Of a stretch of DNA of 64,000 nucleotides, positions 51,032 to 61,698 are shown piece by piece (positions within the stretch are counted from its first letter, which is position 1; each line of letters opens with the position of its first letter). This stretch comes from Desulfobacterales bacterium. Its GTDB lineage: Bacteria; Desulfobacterota; Desulfobacteria; Desulfobacterales; UBA2174. A model generated the notes under the pieces. That model ran no database searches. It had not been told where the DNA came from and saw nothing but the letters and a program-made list of their open reading frames with translations. A program made the position numbers and the translations under genes. Location: the NCBI GenBank assembly GCA_963668645.2, contig CAXXWC010000021.1, positions 288,001 to 352,000 of the forward strand. The letters run 5' to 3'.

Positions 51032-53776
51032 TCAGACCTTCATCAGCTTGCGCAGGACACACGGCAGGATTCCGCCGTGGCGAAAATATTCCACCTCGAC
51101 CTCGGTATCGAGCCGGACGACGGCGGAAAACTCGATCCTGGAACCGTCCGCCTTGAGCGCCTCGACCGCGACCCGGCCCCGCGGCGTGATCCGATCGATG
51201 CCCTTGATGGCGAAATTCTCGCTGCCGTCGAGCCCCAAAGACCGCCATCCCTGGCCCGGTTCGAAAACCAGCGGCAGCACCCCCATGCCCACCAGGTTGC
51301 TGCGGTGAATGCGTTCGAAACTTTCTGCCAGCACGGCTCGGACCCCCAACAGGGTTGTCCCTTTGGCGGCCCAGTCCCGCGAACTGCCGGTGCCGTACTC
51401 CTTGCCGCCCAAGACCACCAGGGGAACGCCTTTTTCCATGTAGGCCGTGGCCGCATCGTAGACATAGGCCTCTTTACCGGAAGGAAAACGGCGCGTCCAG
51501 CTGCCTTCCTTGGGCGCCACGAGCAGGTTCTTGATCCGGATGTTGCCGAAGGTGCCGCGCATCATCACTTCGTGATTGCCCCGGCGCGAACCGTAGGAGT
51601 TGAATTGGTCAGGGGCCACACCGTTGGCCTGAAGGTAGCGCCCGGCCGGATAGTCGGCCGGGATGGCGCCGGCCGGTGAAATGTGGTCGGTGGTCACCGT
51701 ATCGCCCAGGACCATCAGGGCCCGGGCACCGGCCAGGTCCTCGCAAGGCGCCGCATCGAGGGAAAACCCTTCGAAATAAGGCGGGCGCTTGATGTAGGTC
51801 GAATCCGGATCCCAGGCAAAGGTGGTGCTTTCGGTCACATCGAGGTTTTCCCAGAACCGGTCCCCGTCGAAAATGCGCCCGTACTGCTGCTGATAAAATA
51901 CCGGGTCCAGGTGACGGGTGATGCAATCTTTAATTTCGTCGTCCTCCGGCCAGATCTCTTTTAAGAACACCGGTTCTCCGTTGGGGTCGATGCCCAACGG
52001 TTCGCTTTGCAGATCGATATCGATGCGTCCGGCCAGGGCCAGGGCCACCACCAGGATGGGCGAGGCCAGGAAATTGGCCCGCACCGCCTGGTGAATACGG
52101 GCCTCGAAGTTGCGGTTGCCCGAAAGCACGCTGGCCACGGTGAGCTTGCGCTCCTGGATCACCCGCTCGATCTCGGGATGCAGCGGACCGCTGTTGCCGA
52201 TGCACGTGGTGCAGCCGAATCCGGCCACATGAAAACCGAGAGCTTCCAGGTAGGGCATCAATCCGGCATGGCCCAGATAGTCGAGCACCACCTTGGACCC
52301 CGGCGCCAGGGAAGTCTTGACGTACCCGGGCACCCGCACCCCCCGGCGCACCGCGTTGCGCGCCAGCAGCCCGGCCCCGAACATCACCGCCGGGTTGGAG
52401 GTGTTGGTACAGGAGGTGATGGCCGCAATAACGATGCTGCCGTTTCCGATAGCCATGCGCGGTCCATGAAGGTCCACCGGATAGCACTCCCGGCCCCCCT
52501 GCACGCAGGATTCGGGACGCCGGGTACGGCTCCCTGATTCATCCACGAAGGTCGAAATCTGGTCCAGGGAAGCATCCCGCGGGTAATCGCCGCCCAGAAT
52601 CTCGTCGAAACGCGACTTGAGATCGGTCAAACCGATCCGGTCCTGGGGCCTTGCCGGTCCGGCCACCGCCGGTGCCACCGTGTCCAGGTCGAAATCGATG
52701 GTCTCGGTGTAGACAGGGGTCTCACCGCCCGAGGCGAACAGGCCCATCTGCCTGCAGTAGGCGTCCACCAGTTCGGCCTGATCGGCGCGGCCGGTGAGGC
52801 GCAGATATTCGATGGTCTTGGCGTCCACGGGGAAAAAGCCGAGGGTGGAACCGTTTTCAGGCGTCATGTTGGCGATGGTGGCCCGGTCGGCCACCGTCAG
52901 GCTCGAAAGGCCCGGCCCGAAGTATTCCACAAATTTTTCCACTACCTTGTGCCGGCGCAGCAGTTCGGTGATGGCCAGAACCAGATCGGTGGCCGTGACC
53001 CCGGGTTTCAGGGCCCCCTTGAGCCGGATCCCGATCACCTCCGGGATGGTCATGTAGTAGGGCTGGCCGAGCATCACAGCCTCGGCCTCAATGCCGCCCA
53101 CACCCCAGCCGAGCACCCCGATCCCGTTGATCATGGGGGTATGCGAATCGGTGCCCACCAGGGTATCGGGAAAGGCCAGCGGAACGCCGTCGTGTAGCTG
53201 ACACATTACCACCCGGCCCAAGTGCTCGAGGTTGACCTGGTGGCAGATCCCGCTGTTGGGCGGAACGACCTTGAAATTGGTAAAGCTGCGCTGGGCCCAT
53301 TTGAGCAGGGCGTAGCGTTCGGCGTTGCGCTCGTATTCCTTTGCCACGTTCTTTTCCAGAGCCCGGGCCGTGCCGAAAGCATCCACCTGGACCGAATGGT
53401 CCACCACCAGCTCCACCGGCACCTGGGGATTGATGCGGCGTGCATCTCCGCCCAGCTCCCGGACCGCATCGCGCATGGCCGCCAGGTCCACCACCGCCGG
53501 CACCCCGGTAAAATCCTGCATCAGCACGCGGGCCGGGTGGAAGGGGATTTCCACCGGGGTCTCGTAACGGGGCTGCCAGCGGGCGACGGCCAGAAGATCC
53601 GCCTCGCGCACGATGCTCCCGTCAAGCTTGCGCAGGAGATTTTCCACCAGGATCTTGATGGAAAAAGGAAGTCTTGACACATCGGCCAGCCCCCGGGCTT
53701 CCAGCCGGGAGATGTCATAGAGGGTGTAGTGCCGGTCGCGAACTTCAAAGCGCTGGGTAAAATCTTCACGATGCAT
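51032..53776 (-). CDS. acnA: Aconitate hydratase A
   Basis: QDFTGVP, GTDSHT, AITSCTNTSNP, GCTTCIGNSG, TTDHISPAG, GSSRDWAAKG. Confidence 0.97.
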   Translation of the reverse strand: MHREDFTQRFEVRDRHYTLYDISRLEARGLADVSRLPFSIKILVENLLRKLDGSIVREADLLAVARWQPRYETPVEIPFHPARVLMQDFTGVPAVVDLAAMRDAVRELGGDARRINPQVPVELVVDHSVQVDAFGTARALEKNVAKEYERNAERYALLKWAQRSFTNFKVVPPNSGICHQVNLEHLGRVVMCQLHDGVPLAFPDTLVGTDSHTPMINGIGVLGWGVGGIEAEAVMLGQPYYMTIPEVIGIRLKGALKPGVTATDLVLAITELLRRHKVVEKFVEYFGPGLSSLTVADRATIANMTPENGSTLGFFPVDAKTIEYLRLTGRADQAELVDAYCRQMGLFASGGETPVYTETIDFDLDTVAPAVAGPARPQDRIGLTDLKSRFDEILGGDYPRDASLDQISTFVDESGSRTRRPESCVQGGRECYPVDLHGPRMAIGNGSIVIAAITSCTNTSNPAVMFGAGLLARNAVRRGVRVPGYVKTSLAPGSKVVLDYLGHAGLMPYLEALGFHVAGFGCTTCIGNSGPLHPEIERVIQERKLTVASVLSGNRNFEARIHQAVRANFLASPILVVALALAGRIDIDLQSEPLGIDPNGEPVFLKEIWPEDDEIKDCITRHLDPVFYQQQYGRIFDGDRFWENLDVTESTTFAWDPDSTYIKRPPYFEGFSLDAAPCEDLAGARALMVLGDTVTTDHISPAGAIPADYPAGRYLQANGVAPDQFNSYGSRRGNHEVMMRGTFGNIRIKNLLVAPKEGSWTRRFPSGKEAYVYDAATAYMEKGVPLVVLGGKEYGTGSSRDWAAKGTTLLGVRAVLAESFERIHRSNLVGMGVLPLVFEPGQGWRSLGLDGSENFAIKGIDRITPRGRVAVEALKADGSRIEFSAVVRLDTEVEVEYFRHGGILPCVLRKLMKV

Positions 53777-53972
53777 CCATACCTCCCGGAAAGTTTGGGG
53801 TGAACTGCCATTGGGGTCGTGGCGGGCCGCCGCACCGCCCTCCTGCGAAAAAGGTTCGTGCCCGATATCTGATAATCTTTATCAAATGGATTCGACCCGA
53901 TCAAGGAAGTGCCCCGGTGATGAGTCTACCGGCGGGCCGTACCGCGGGTGGGAAAACCGTTCGCCGGTCCCT

Positions 53973-54197
53973 TCAACCGCCGATCCAGCGCAGCCTGGTC
54001 GCCACCCAAAGAAAGACCGGCAGCATGAGCGCCAAGAGGGTCAAAATGCCGGGGGCGGTCAGGTAGGGTGTATACCAAGGGGCTCGGTTCCGCTTGGCCT
54101 TTTTGACTTCGCCAAAAAACATCCGCCCCAGCAGCATACCGCCGATAAGGACGGCAGCCATTTTGACCAGGGAAAGCAGCGTTGCCATTGCAACCAC
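53973..54197 (-). CDS. Small two-TM membrane protein
   Basis: Two hydrophobic segments flanking FFGEVKKAKR..PWYTPYLT.PG. Confidence 0.6.
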   Translation of the reverse strand: MVAMATLLSLVKMAAVLIGGMLLGRMFFGEVKKAKRNRAPWYTPYLTAPGILTLLALMLPVFLWVATRLRWIGG

Positions 54198-54361
54198 CTC
54201 GCAAATCGATTCGCCGGCGGACCTCGGCCGCCTTGAAAAAACATTTGGATTTCAGAACGTGCCGTGCCGTGGTTCTTAACATAATTGAAAGGGAAAATCC
54301 CCCCAATCTTATTTCCATTTCATGGGCAGGGTCCATCCCCCAGCCCGCCAAGAAGATTCCC

Positions 54362-54575
54362 ATGGCCGCCAAACCATCGCGAGACGTTAAAAATTGTGCC
54401 CGAGCAAGGAGTTCGCAGCCAAACTGCACCGGTTGGCCGATGCCGTGGAAAACGGCAGGCGCTTCTGGGTTCAGATCGCCGCGAGCGCATCTCGGTGCCA
54501 GCGAACGCCGTTTGCATCATCGAACATGAACTTGGGGCGACCTGGAGGAAATCGAATTTCAGATCAAGTGGGCAA
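54362..54575 (+). pseudogene. Degraded amphi-Trp-domain-like gene
   Basis: Pieces MAAKPSRDV / KEFAAKLHRLADAVENGRRFWVQIA / ERISVPANAVCIIEHE / LEEIEFQIKW lie in successive frames. Confidence 0.6.
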
Positions 54576-54907
54576 CAAACGCTGACTGGCGGCACGGCAA
54601 CCGGGCCTGTGGCCAAGAAGGCGGGGGATCATCCGGCAGGCGAAATGGATGTTATGAGGCCCGCGACGGGCCATTTCCTTGCCAGGCGGGTTGTAGCGGC
54701 AAACATGGACGGTGCGGTGGATGCCGCCGGGAGACGGGACGGCGGCATCCAACCGGCTCCTGCCGAAGACCGTTCATCCGTCGGGGGGCCGCCGACGAGG
54801 ATGATCCATCAGGCTTTGGGCGGTCTCCAACAGCATTCTCATGGCCCTTGAGAGCGGTTTGCCGAGCCTTCAACTGTCCTGCGCAGAGAAATGGCCCGTT
54901 TAGGGGT

Positions 54908-55094
54908 ACGAGGCAGGTCTTCTGACTTCCGGATCCACCGACGGGCTGCCCCTTCCCACACCCTTCGAAAGCGGTGCAGTGAGCTGACTGCAGCCTTTGT
55001 CCCCGGTCACAGCGGCGCGACCGTTCCCGAATTGCACGGGATTCCCTCCGTTGGCGGTCTTCATGGAGGCCAACGGTCCTTCATGGAGCCTCGT
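54908..55094 (-). ncRNA. Cobalamin riboswitch (second)
   Basis: Minus strand: AGGGAA.CCCGTGCAATTCGGG..CGCCGCTGTGA, CTCACTG..GGGAAGG, GAAGTCAGAAGACCTGCC; P1 ACGAGGC/GCCTCGT. Confidence 0.9.
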
Positions 55095-55419
55095 TGTGAA
55101 GTAAACCTGAATGCCGAACCGGAGTCAACTTGTAAAATTGATAGTTATTTCTGGTTATATTAAGGGGGCAAACCTATCATTATGGGCCTGTGATGCTGTC
55201 CCCAAAGCCGCAAACAGTCCACTTCATTCTGGAAACCCGGGCCCTTTTTTCATATTTGCCAACATGTCCCTTGGGGGCTGCGACGGCCTGGCGCCATATA
55301 TGGGGATTGTGCTATGAAAGGCCCGTGAGTTTTACAGGCCCTGTTTCGGCCCTGCACTGCACAGGCAAAGGTCGATTTTTTCCGGCAATAACGTTCCCCG
55401 GCGGCAGGAAATCCATCCA

Positions 55420-56250
55420 ATGCATGAAAAGCTGAAAACGATCCTGGCCGATTTTGCCCACCGCCAGGGCCATCTGATGATCCTTACGGGAGAAGGCGTG
55501 GCAGGCGAATGCGGTATCGCCCCCTTTCGCTCCGATCCCAGGCCTTTCGTCTACGAGGGGGCCGGCTACACCACCAGCGATCTGTTGACCCGGCGGCTCT
55601 TCGATCAAGAGCCGCAAGCGGTCTGGGCCTGGCACCTGATGCGGCTTGAAGAAGCCCGCCGGGCAGAACCCGGAGCGGCTCACCAGGCCGTGGCACGTGC
55701 CGCTAAAGGGTTCACTAAAAGGATGAACGTGGTCACCGAGTGTGTCGACAGCCTGCACCGGCGCAGTCCGCTGCCGCCCGAAACGCTCTTCGAGCCCCAG
55801 GGCAACCTCTTTGCCATGCGCTGCCTGGCGGACTGTACCCTGACCCTCTACCCTGTCCCCAAAAAACTCTATGGTTGGAATGACGGCAGGCAGCTGGACC
55901 AAACCGATCGGCAACTGCTCTGCTGCCCGGCCTGCGGCGGGCCGACCCGGCCGCACATCCTGTGGCGCGACGAGATTTACAACGAGGTCAATTACCGTCT
56001 CAACACGATTCTGGAAGCGGCCCGGCGCACCGACCTGCTGGTGGTGGCCGGATTTTCCGGGCACACCAACCTGGCCAACAAGGTCGCCTGGGAGGTGAGC
56101 CTCAACCACCGGGCGCGCATCGTGGACATCAACCCGCTGCTCAACCCCGTGGCGGCCCTGGCCCGGCGCACAGATGGCGTAAGCCTGCAGGCTTCTCCGG
56201 CCGAAACCCTGCCGCAGGTGCTGGAAAGCCTTGAAAACCAGCTGCGCTAA
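55420..56250 (+). CDS. Sir2-family protein with degenerate catalytic motifs
   Basis: ILTGEGVAGECGIAPFR, TECVDSLH, EPQGNL, C..C/CPAC, RPHILW.DE. Confidence 0.8.
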   Translation: MHEKLKTILADFAHRQGHLMILTGEGVAGECGIAPFRSDPRPFVYEGAGYTTSDLLTRRLFDQEPQAVWAWHLMRLEEARRAEPGAAHQAVARAAKGFTKRMNVVTECVDSLHRRSPLPPETLFEPQGNLFAMRCLADCTLTLYPVPKKLYGWNDGRQLDQTDRQLLCCPACGGPTRPHILWRDEIYNEVNYRLNTILEAARRTDLLVVAGFSGHTNLANKVAWEVSLNHRARIVDINPLLNPVAALARRTDGVSLQASPAETLPQVLESLENQLR

Positions 56251-57654
56251 CGGTTCTCTCCGCGGTACGGCTCGGCCTCGATCCCGTAACGGCGCATGAT
56301 CTGTTGCAGGGCCTGGCGTTCGAGACCGCTTTCGCGGGCCGCCTGGGTCACGTTGCCGCCGGAGGCCGCCAGTCGCCGGCCGATATAGCGCGCGTTGAAT
56401 CCCTCCAGGACCCGGGCCTTGGCATCCTTGTAACCAAAGTCGAGAAAATCTTCCTGCACCACCGTTTCAGCACTCTGTTCGACACGCTGGTTCAAACCGA
56501 GGTCGGCCGGTCGGATTTCATCCCCGCTGGCAAAAGAGAATCCCCTGGACGATGAGATTTTCCATCTCACGCACATTGCCGGTCCAGGGCCTTTGTTTGA
56601 AGCTTTCCAGCATTTCGGGCGAAAGACGCTTGAGGGGCCGTTTTAGCTCCGCACAGTGTTTCTCCAGCAGATGCGCGGCGATCAGGGGGATGTCTTCCGG
56701 ATGTTCGCGCAGGGCCGGCAGACGCAACGGCAGAACGTTGAGCCGGTGAAAGAGATCCTCGCGGAACTCGCCCCGGCCGATCTTGGCCGCCAGGTCCTGG
56801 TTGGTCGAAGCGATGATGCGCACGTCCACCGACACGGTTCGCGTATCGCCAAGCGGCTTGATCTCTTTTTCCTGCAAGACCCGCAGCAGCTTGGCCTGCA
56901 TGGCGGGACTGATATCGCCGATTTCATCGAGAAAGATCGACCCGCCGCAAGCTTCCTGGAACAGTCCCTCCCGGTTCTGGGTGGCATGGGTAAAGGCCCC
57001 CTTGCGGTAGCCGAACAGCTCGCTTTCAAGAATTTGCTCGGGAACGGTGGGGCAGTTGACCGCCACAAAGGGTCCCCGGCGCCGCGGGCTGATCTGGTGC
57101 ACCGCCCTGGCGGTCAAATCCTTGCCGACCCCTGACTCGCCAGTGATCAAGACCGTCAGATCGGTCTGGGAAATGGTTTGGATTGTCTCGTAGACACGCT
57201 GCATGGGGGCGCTCTTGCCCACCAGCTCCTGGAGTCCCTTGCGCTGGCGGCATTCGTCCTGCAAACGCAGGTTCTCGCGGATCAGCGAGGAGCGTTCAAG
57301 GGCCTTTTCCAGCCTCACCACCAGTGCGTCATACTCGAAGGGCTTGGTGATATAGTCCTGGGCCCCCTGGCGCATGGCGCTCACCGCGGTTTCCACCGCG
57401 CCGTAAGCGGTCATCATCACCACGGTTTGTTCCGGGTTGCGGCGTTTGATCCAGGCGAGCAGCTCCATTCCGTCCATCCCGGGCATCTTGATGTCGGCCA
57501 GGACCAGATCGAAGGCAGATCGGGTAAGTTGTTCCAGGGCCGCCTCGGCCGTACCGGCCGTGACCACCCGGCAATTCAGGTCCGGTTCCAGGCTGCGTTG
57601 GAGCAGTTTGAGCATGTCTTTTTCATCGTCGACGATGAGAATGGTGCGTTTCAT
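56247..57654 (-). CDS. NtrC-family sigma54 response regulator; apparent 1-nt insertion at 56532-56535
   Basis: REC, GESGVGKD, GAFTHA, WTGNVREMEN; the Fis HTH (GNVTQAARESGLER) is in another frame. Confidence 0.85.
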
Positions 57655-59159
57655 GATCCCTGGTCCTCATCCAGCGGAAGCGTCACGGTAAAGGCCGATC
57701 CTTCCCCCGGGGTGCTCTCCACGTCGATTTCGCCGCCGTGATTGCGTACGATCCCGTAGCTGACCGAAAGTCCCAGGCCGGTCCCCTGGCCGGTGGGTTT
57801 GGTGGTAAAAAACGGATCGAAAATTCTGTTGAGATCCTGCTTCTCGATGCCGCATCCGTCGTCGCTCACCCGCACCTGGACACTGCACTGGTCCTGGCTC
57901 ATGCGGGTCTCGATCCGGATCGTCCCCTGGCGGCCCACCGCATGCCGGGCGTTCATGATCAGGTTGATCATCACCTGACGGATCTTTTTCTCGTCCAGCA
58001 GCAGCGGCGGGATCTTCTCGCCGTAAACCCGCTCGATGTACACTTCTTCCAGCCGGGCGTGCTGGGCGATGAACTGGACCACCTCGTCGATGACCAGATG
58101 AATATCGATGCGCCCTTTTACCGGCGGCGAACTGCGCGCGAAATTGAGCAGGTCCTCTACGATGGCCTTGCAGTTGCGCACATGCTTTTCAATTGTTTTC
58201 AGATCTTCCCATCGCTCACTGTCCCCGGGCTCCTTGCGCAGCAGCAGCTGGGTATAGCCGAGGATGATGCCCAGGGGATTGTTGATTTCATGCGCGATAC
58301 CGGCCGAAAACTCACCGATGGAGGCCAACTTGTCGGTCTGGGCCAACTGACGCTCCATCTGGCGGCGCTGTTCGATATCCTTGATGAGCAGATGGACGGT
58401 ATCGCTTCCGGTTGCCGAGCGGTCCAGGCTGCCGCTGACCAGGGCCATACGTTGGCTTCCGTCGGGCCGCACGAGAACCGACTCGGCATTGGTGACGAAA
58501 CCGTTGGCATCGATCACCCGGCCGATGATCTGCCAATCCTCGGGGTCGGCCAACAGGACACTGACATGGCTTCCCACCGGCGTATGGTGCGGATGCTCGA
58601 CGCCGGTAAAGGCGTTGTATCCGGCCGGGTTCATGTCCAAAATCAACCCATCCGGAGTGGTCACCATCACGATATCGCGCGACAGTTCGAAAATCCGGCG
58701 GTACTTGTGCTCCGAGCGGCTCAGGGCTTCGGTGCGCTCGGCCACCAACACTTCGAGGTTCTGGTTGAGATAGACCAGCTCGCGACTCGCCGCCTGGATC
58801 TCCTTCTTGTCGGCCAGAATCTGCTGGTAAGCGGCCCAAACCCTTTCGAAGTATAGGGTCACCGAGGCCGCCACCACAAACATCAACGTATTGAAAGCCC
58901 CGCTGTAAGGGCTGATGGCCTGCCAGACCGGCCGATGACCGCCGAGAATCAGGATCTGGCGCAGGATATGGCCGGCCGAACGCGAGAGCGAAAATCCGGC
59001 CATCGCCAGGCAAACCCACCAAAGAAAACTCCACAGGATTTCGTCCGGTGCGCGGCGCCTCAGCCGGGCGGCGGTGGCAAGGCAGAGAAAAGACAACACG
59101 ATCATCAGCACCGAGCCGACCAGATCGACGGCCAGGATCGGAACGGCATTGACCTTCAT
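57651..59159 (-). CDS. Membrane PAS sensor histidine kinase
   Basis: N-terminal TMs, PAS, AHEINNPL, FDPFFTTK, GTGLGL. Confidence 0.92.
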   Translation of the reverse strand: MKVNAVPILAVDLVGSVLMIVLSFLCLATAARLRRRAPDEILWSFLWWVCLAMAGFSLSRSAGHILRQILILGGHRPVWQAISPYSGAFNTLMFVVAASVTLYFERVWAAYQQILADKKEIQAASRELVYLNQNLEVLVAERTEALSRSEHKYRRIFELSRDIVMVTTPDGLILDMNPAGYNAFTGVEHPHHTPVGSHVSVLLADPEDWQIIGRVIDANGFVTNAESVLVRPDGSQRMALVSGSLDRSATGSDTVHLLIKDIEQRRQMERQLAQTDKLASIGEFSAGIAHEINNPLGIILGYTQLLLRKEPGDSERWEDLKTIEKHVRNCKAIVEDLLNFARSSPPVKGRIDIHLVIDEVVQFIAQHARLEEVYIERVYGEKIPPLLLDEKKIRQVMINLIMNARHAVGRQGTIRIETRMSQDQCSVQVRVSDDGCGIEKQDLNRIFDPFFTTKPTGQGTGLGLSVSYGIVRNHGGEIDVESTPGEGSAFTVTLPLDEDQGS

Positions 59160-59701
59160 GAGGCCTCGGGGGGCGCCCCTCCTGCTTCCGATTCATCGGC
59201 CAGGCATCGCAAACCGAGAAACAGGAAGATCAGGGCCGGCACGCACCATAGATGATCAAGCTTGACCAGATAGTAGAGTGGCGCCAAGACTTCTAAACCG
59301 GGCTGCGGCGCCAGAAAAAGATGGCGCGGATCGATCTGCTGTACCGTCAGAAAACCGGTCTGCTCGTCAAGCAGATGGGCGACGAAGGCATCCAGGTTCC
59401 AGACGATCAACAACACCGCTGCATAACGGATCAAACGCCAGCCGCGGCGCACCGTCAACCCCCTTGCGCCGAGCCAGTAAGCCAGGGTTCCCATGGAAAG
59501 GGCAAACAGGATGTGGGCCATCTGGTGGACCACCAGCCCCTCGGGCTCTCCGTGGGTCTGGGTGGCCAGTGCCGGAGCCGCCGACAGCACCGATGCAATC
59601 CAGACGGCGAACCCGAGAAAAAAACGGCCGGCGCGGATGGATCGCAGTCGCTCGGTGAAAAAGACCAGCACACCCGTCATTTTGAACATCCATGCAAACA
59701 C
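59156..59701 (-). CDS. Hypothetical membrane protein
   Basis: Several TMs, TQTHGEPEGLVVHQMAH; stop overlaps the kinase start; start uncertain. Confidence 0.65.
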   Translation of the reverse strand: MFAWMFKMTGVLVFFTERLRSIRAGRFFLGFAVWIASVLSAAPALATQTHGEPEGLVVHQMAHILFALSMGTLAYWLGARGLTVRRGWRLIRYAAVLLIVWNLDAFVAHLLDEQTGFLTVQQIDPRHLFLAPQPGLEVLAPLYYLVKLDHLWCVPALIFLFLGLRCLADESEAGGAPPEAS

Positions 59702-59706
59702 ACGTT

Positions 59707-60303
59707 TTAAGCGCGCGGACCAGTCTGCCGCGGATGAAGATCGGCCAGGCTGACCATTTCTCCTGCGCTGTCATTGACCTTGGCCAAGTTTCGGTCCAGA
59801 GACTGAAAAATGGGCAGGCGCCTTCGGATTTGGCCAAACAGGATATACATTAAAATGAACAGGGGCAAGAAGCTGAAAGTATAGCCGACCGTGGCGTCGA
59901 TAAACGGCAGGACAAAATCGACGTCGCTAAAGCGGGTATTCATCCAGGCCAGAGCGAAGGCCGCCGGCCACAGCGAAGAGATCGACAGGGCGAGCTGGGC
60001 GAAAAAATAGCGCCCAAAGGCGTCATTGGCTTCCTTGTTGCACGCCTTATAGGCCGCCTTATCCTTGGCCAGCAAGGCAAAAATCGACAGGTTGTGCATC
60101 CTGACCATGTCACTGTTCTGGTCGCAAAAATGACGAAGGTTATACCGCAGCGCCACCAATTGCGTCACCTGGCCAAGCAGCACGGCCAGCACGGCCAAAA
60201 CCGCCGTGCCGATCATGAACCCCACGATGGGGACTTCCGATAGCCGGTAAAATACGATGAGAAATCCGTCCAGGGCAAGGTAAAGGTGCTGAAGCATATC
60301 CAC
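59707..60303 (-). CDS. Hypothetical membrane protein
   Basis: TM segments around DKAAYKACNKEANDAFG. Confidence 0.7.
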   Translation of the reverse strand: MDMLQHLYLALDGFLIVFYRLSEVPIVGFMIGTAVLAVLAVLLGQVTQLVALRYNLRHFCDQNSDMVRMHNLSIFALLAKDKAAYKACNKEANDAFGRYFFAQLALSISSLWPAAFALAWMNTRFSDVDFVLPFIDATVGYTFSFLPLFILMYILFGQIRRRLPIFQSLDRNLAKVNDSAGEMVSLADLHPRQTGPRA

Positions 60304-60385
60304 GGTCCTTTTTGGACGTCGTTGTTTCGAGGTGTTCCGGCGTGCCGGAACACCTCATATCGCCAGGCGAAACAGCCCCCGTCGC

Positions 60386-61549
60386 TCAAAACGGCGGAAC
60401 GATGCTGTAGCCCAAAAAGCCCTTCGAAGTGTAACGAAGCCCGACGTAAAGGGCCAGCACCACAAACAGGCGCTTGAGCCAGATATCGGGGATGTACTTG
60501 GAGGTGCGCGGACCGATCATCGAGCCGACGAAAATTCCCAACAGCTCCACACCGATCAGGGGCCAGTAGATCACAACCCCCTTTACCACCATGTAAGTGA
60601 AGATCGAAATAATCATCCCCACCAGCACGGTCAGAGCCGAGGTGCCGGCCACGAGGAACATGGGCAGCCCGGCGATGCTGGTCAGAAACGGCACGAAAAG
60701 AAAACCGCCGCCGATGCCGAGGAACGATGCCAGCCCGGCAATGAAAAAGCCGCCGATGATCGGGATGATCGGCCGGAAGCTGAACTCGACACCGTAGAAG
60801 GTGAAGACCACTTTGGAAAAACTCCAGCTCTTGACCTGCACGCCGGCTTCCTTCTCACTCAGGCTGGCGGACTTGTTGATATGCGCTTCCTCAAAGGCCT
60901 TGGCCGCGGCCTTGGCCTCTTTTTTGCCGGCCTGCCCCTTGGGCGTGGTCTCGTAGAAGAGAAAGCCGCCGATGATGAACACCACCAGGCCGAAATAGCC
61001 GAGGTAGGCCTTCAGTGAAATCTTGCCCGCGGTGATCACCGGGACCAGGAAGCTGCCGCTGATGGAACCGATAGCCAGAAAAATGCCCAGGGGCAGCACC
61101 AGACGTCCCATGCGGTAGTAGTTGAAGCTTGATACCGCTCCGCTAAGACCCACCATCCACTGGTTCGACACGCGGATCGAGTCGGTAATCAGTTTGTTGA
61201 GGGTAGGAGAGGTCTTTTTAAAGGTCTTGCCGTAGTCGGCCAGGCCGAAGACGGTGATGTGTCCCACACCGGCCATGATGCCGCCAAAGGCCCCGACAGT
61301 CGAGAAAATCCAGCCGACCCAGATCGCCCAGAAAAAGCCCACCACCACGCTCGGCGACGGGGCGCCCGGGATGCCCAAAAAGCCGGGCTTGCCATCGGCC
61401 GGGATCTGCCCCGGCCCGCTGCCGGCAGGCGTCTTGGCGATGGCGTCGGCCAGTGTATCGGCCAAGGCGGTACCGGCCATCAGCAGCGGCCCGGCGATCA
61501 GTGCCAGCAGGGCCAGAACGGTTAAAATCTTGATTGAACGTTTTTTCAT
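60386..61549 (-). CDS. TauE/SafE (TSUP) transporter
   Basis: GAFGGIM, LGIGGGFLFVPFL, VAGTS, GSMIGPR; RBS GGAGG. Confidence 0.88.
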   Translation of the reverse strand: MKKRSIKILTVLALLALIAGPLLMAGTALADTLADAIAKTPAGSGPGQIPADGKPGFLGIPGAPSPSVVVGFFWAIWVGWIFSTVGAFGGIMAGVGHITVFGLADYGKTFKKTSPTLNKLITDSIRVSNQWMVGLSGAVSSFNYYRMGRLVLPLGIFLAIGSISGSFLVPVITAGKISLKAYLGYFGLVVFIIGGFLFYETTPKGQAGKKEAKAAAKAFEEAHINKSASLSEKEAGVQVKSWSFSKVVFTFYGVEFSFRPIIPIIGGFFIAGLASFLGIGGGFLFVPFLTSIAGLPMFLVAGTSALTVLVGMIISIFTYMVVKGVVIYWPLIGVELLGIFVGSMIGPRTSKYIPDIWLKRLFVVLALYVGLRYTSKGFLGYSIVPPF

Positions 61550-61683
61550 TTTTCCTCCCATGGTTAGATGGATATGGATGAATGCGCAGACCGACGGCCG
61601 CCTGCGGCAGAAACAACGCGGCCGTAGGGGCCGCAAAAACCTGAAACGATCGTCAATCGGATTTGGATGGATTTAAGCGCACA

Positions 61684-61698
61684 GCAAAACGCATGCCA
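61684..61698 (-). promoter_or_regulatory. Sigma54 promoter upstream of the tauE-like gene
   Basis: Minus strand TGGCATG-CGTT-TTGC. Confidence 0.75.

Noticed and set aside
54564..54842. Possible selenoprotein via the in-frame TGA at 54774-54776 downstream of riboswitch 2
   Set aside because: The read-through product resembles no family I know, has no redox motif context and a weak RBS; the nearby hairpin is not recognisably a SECIS.
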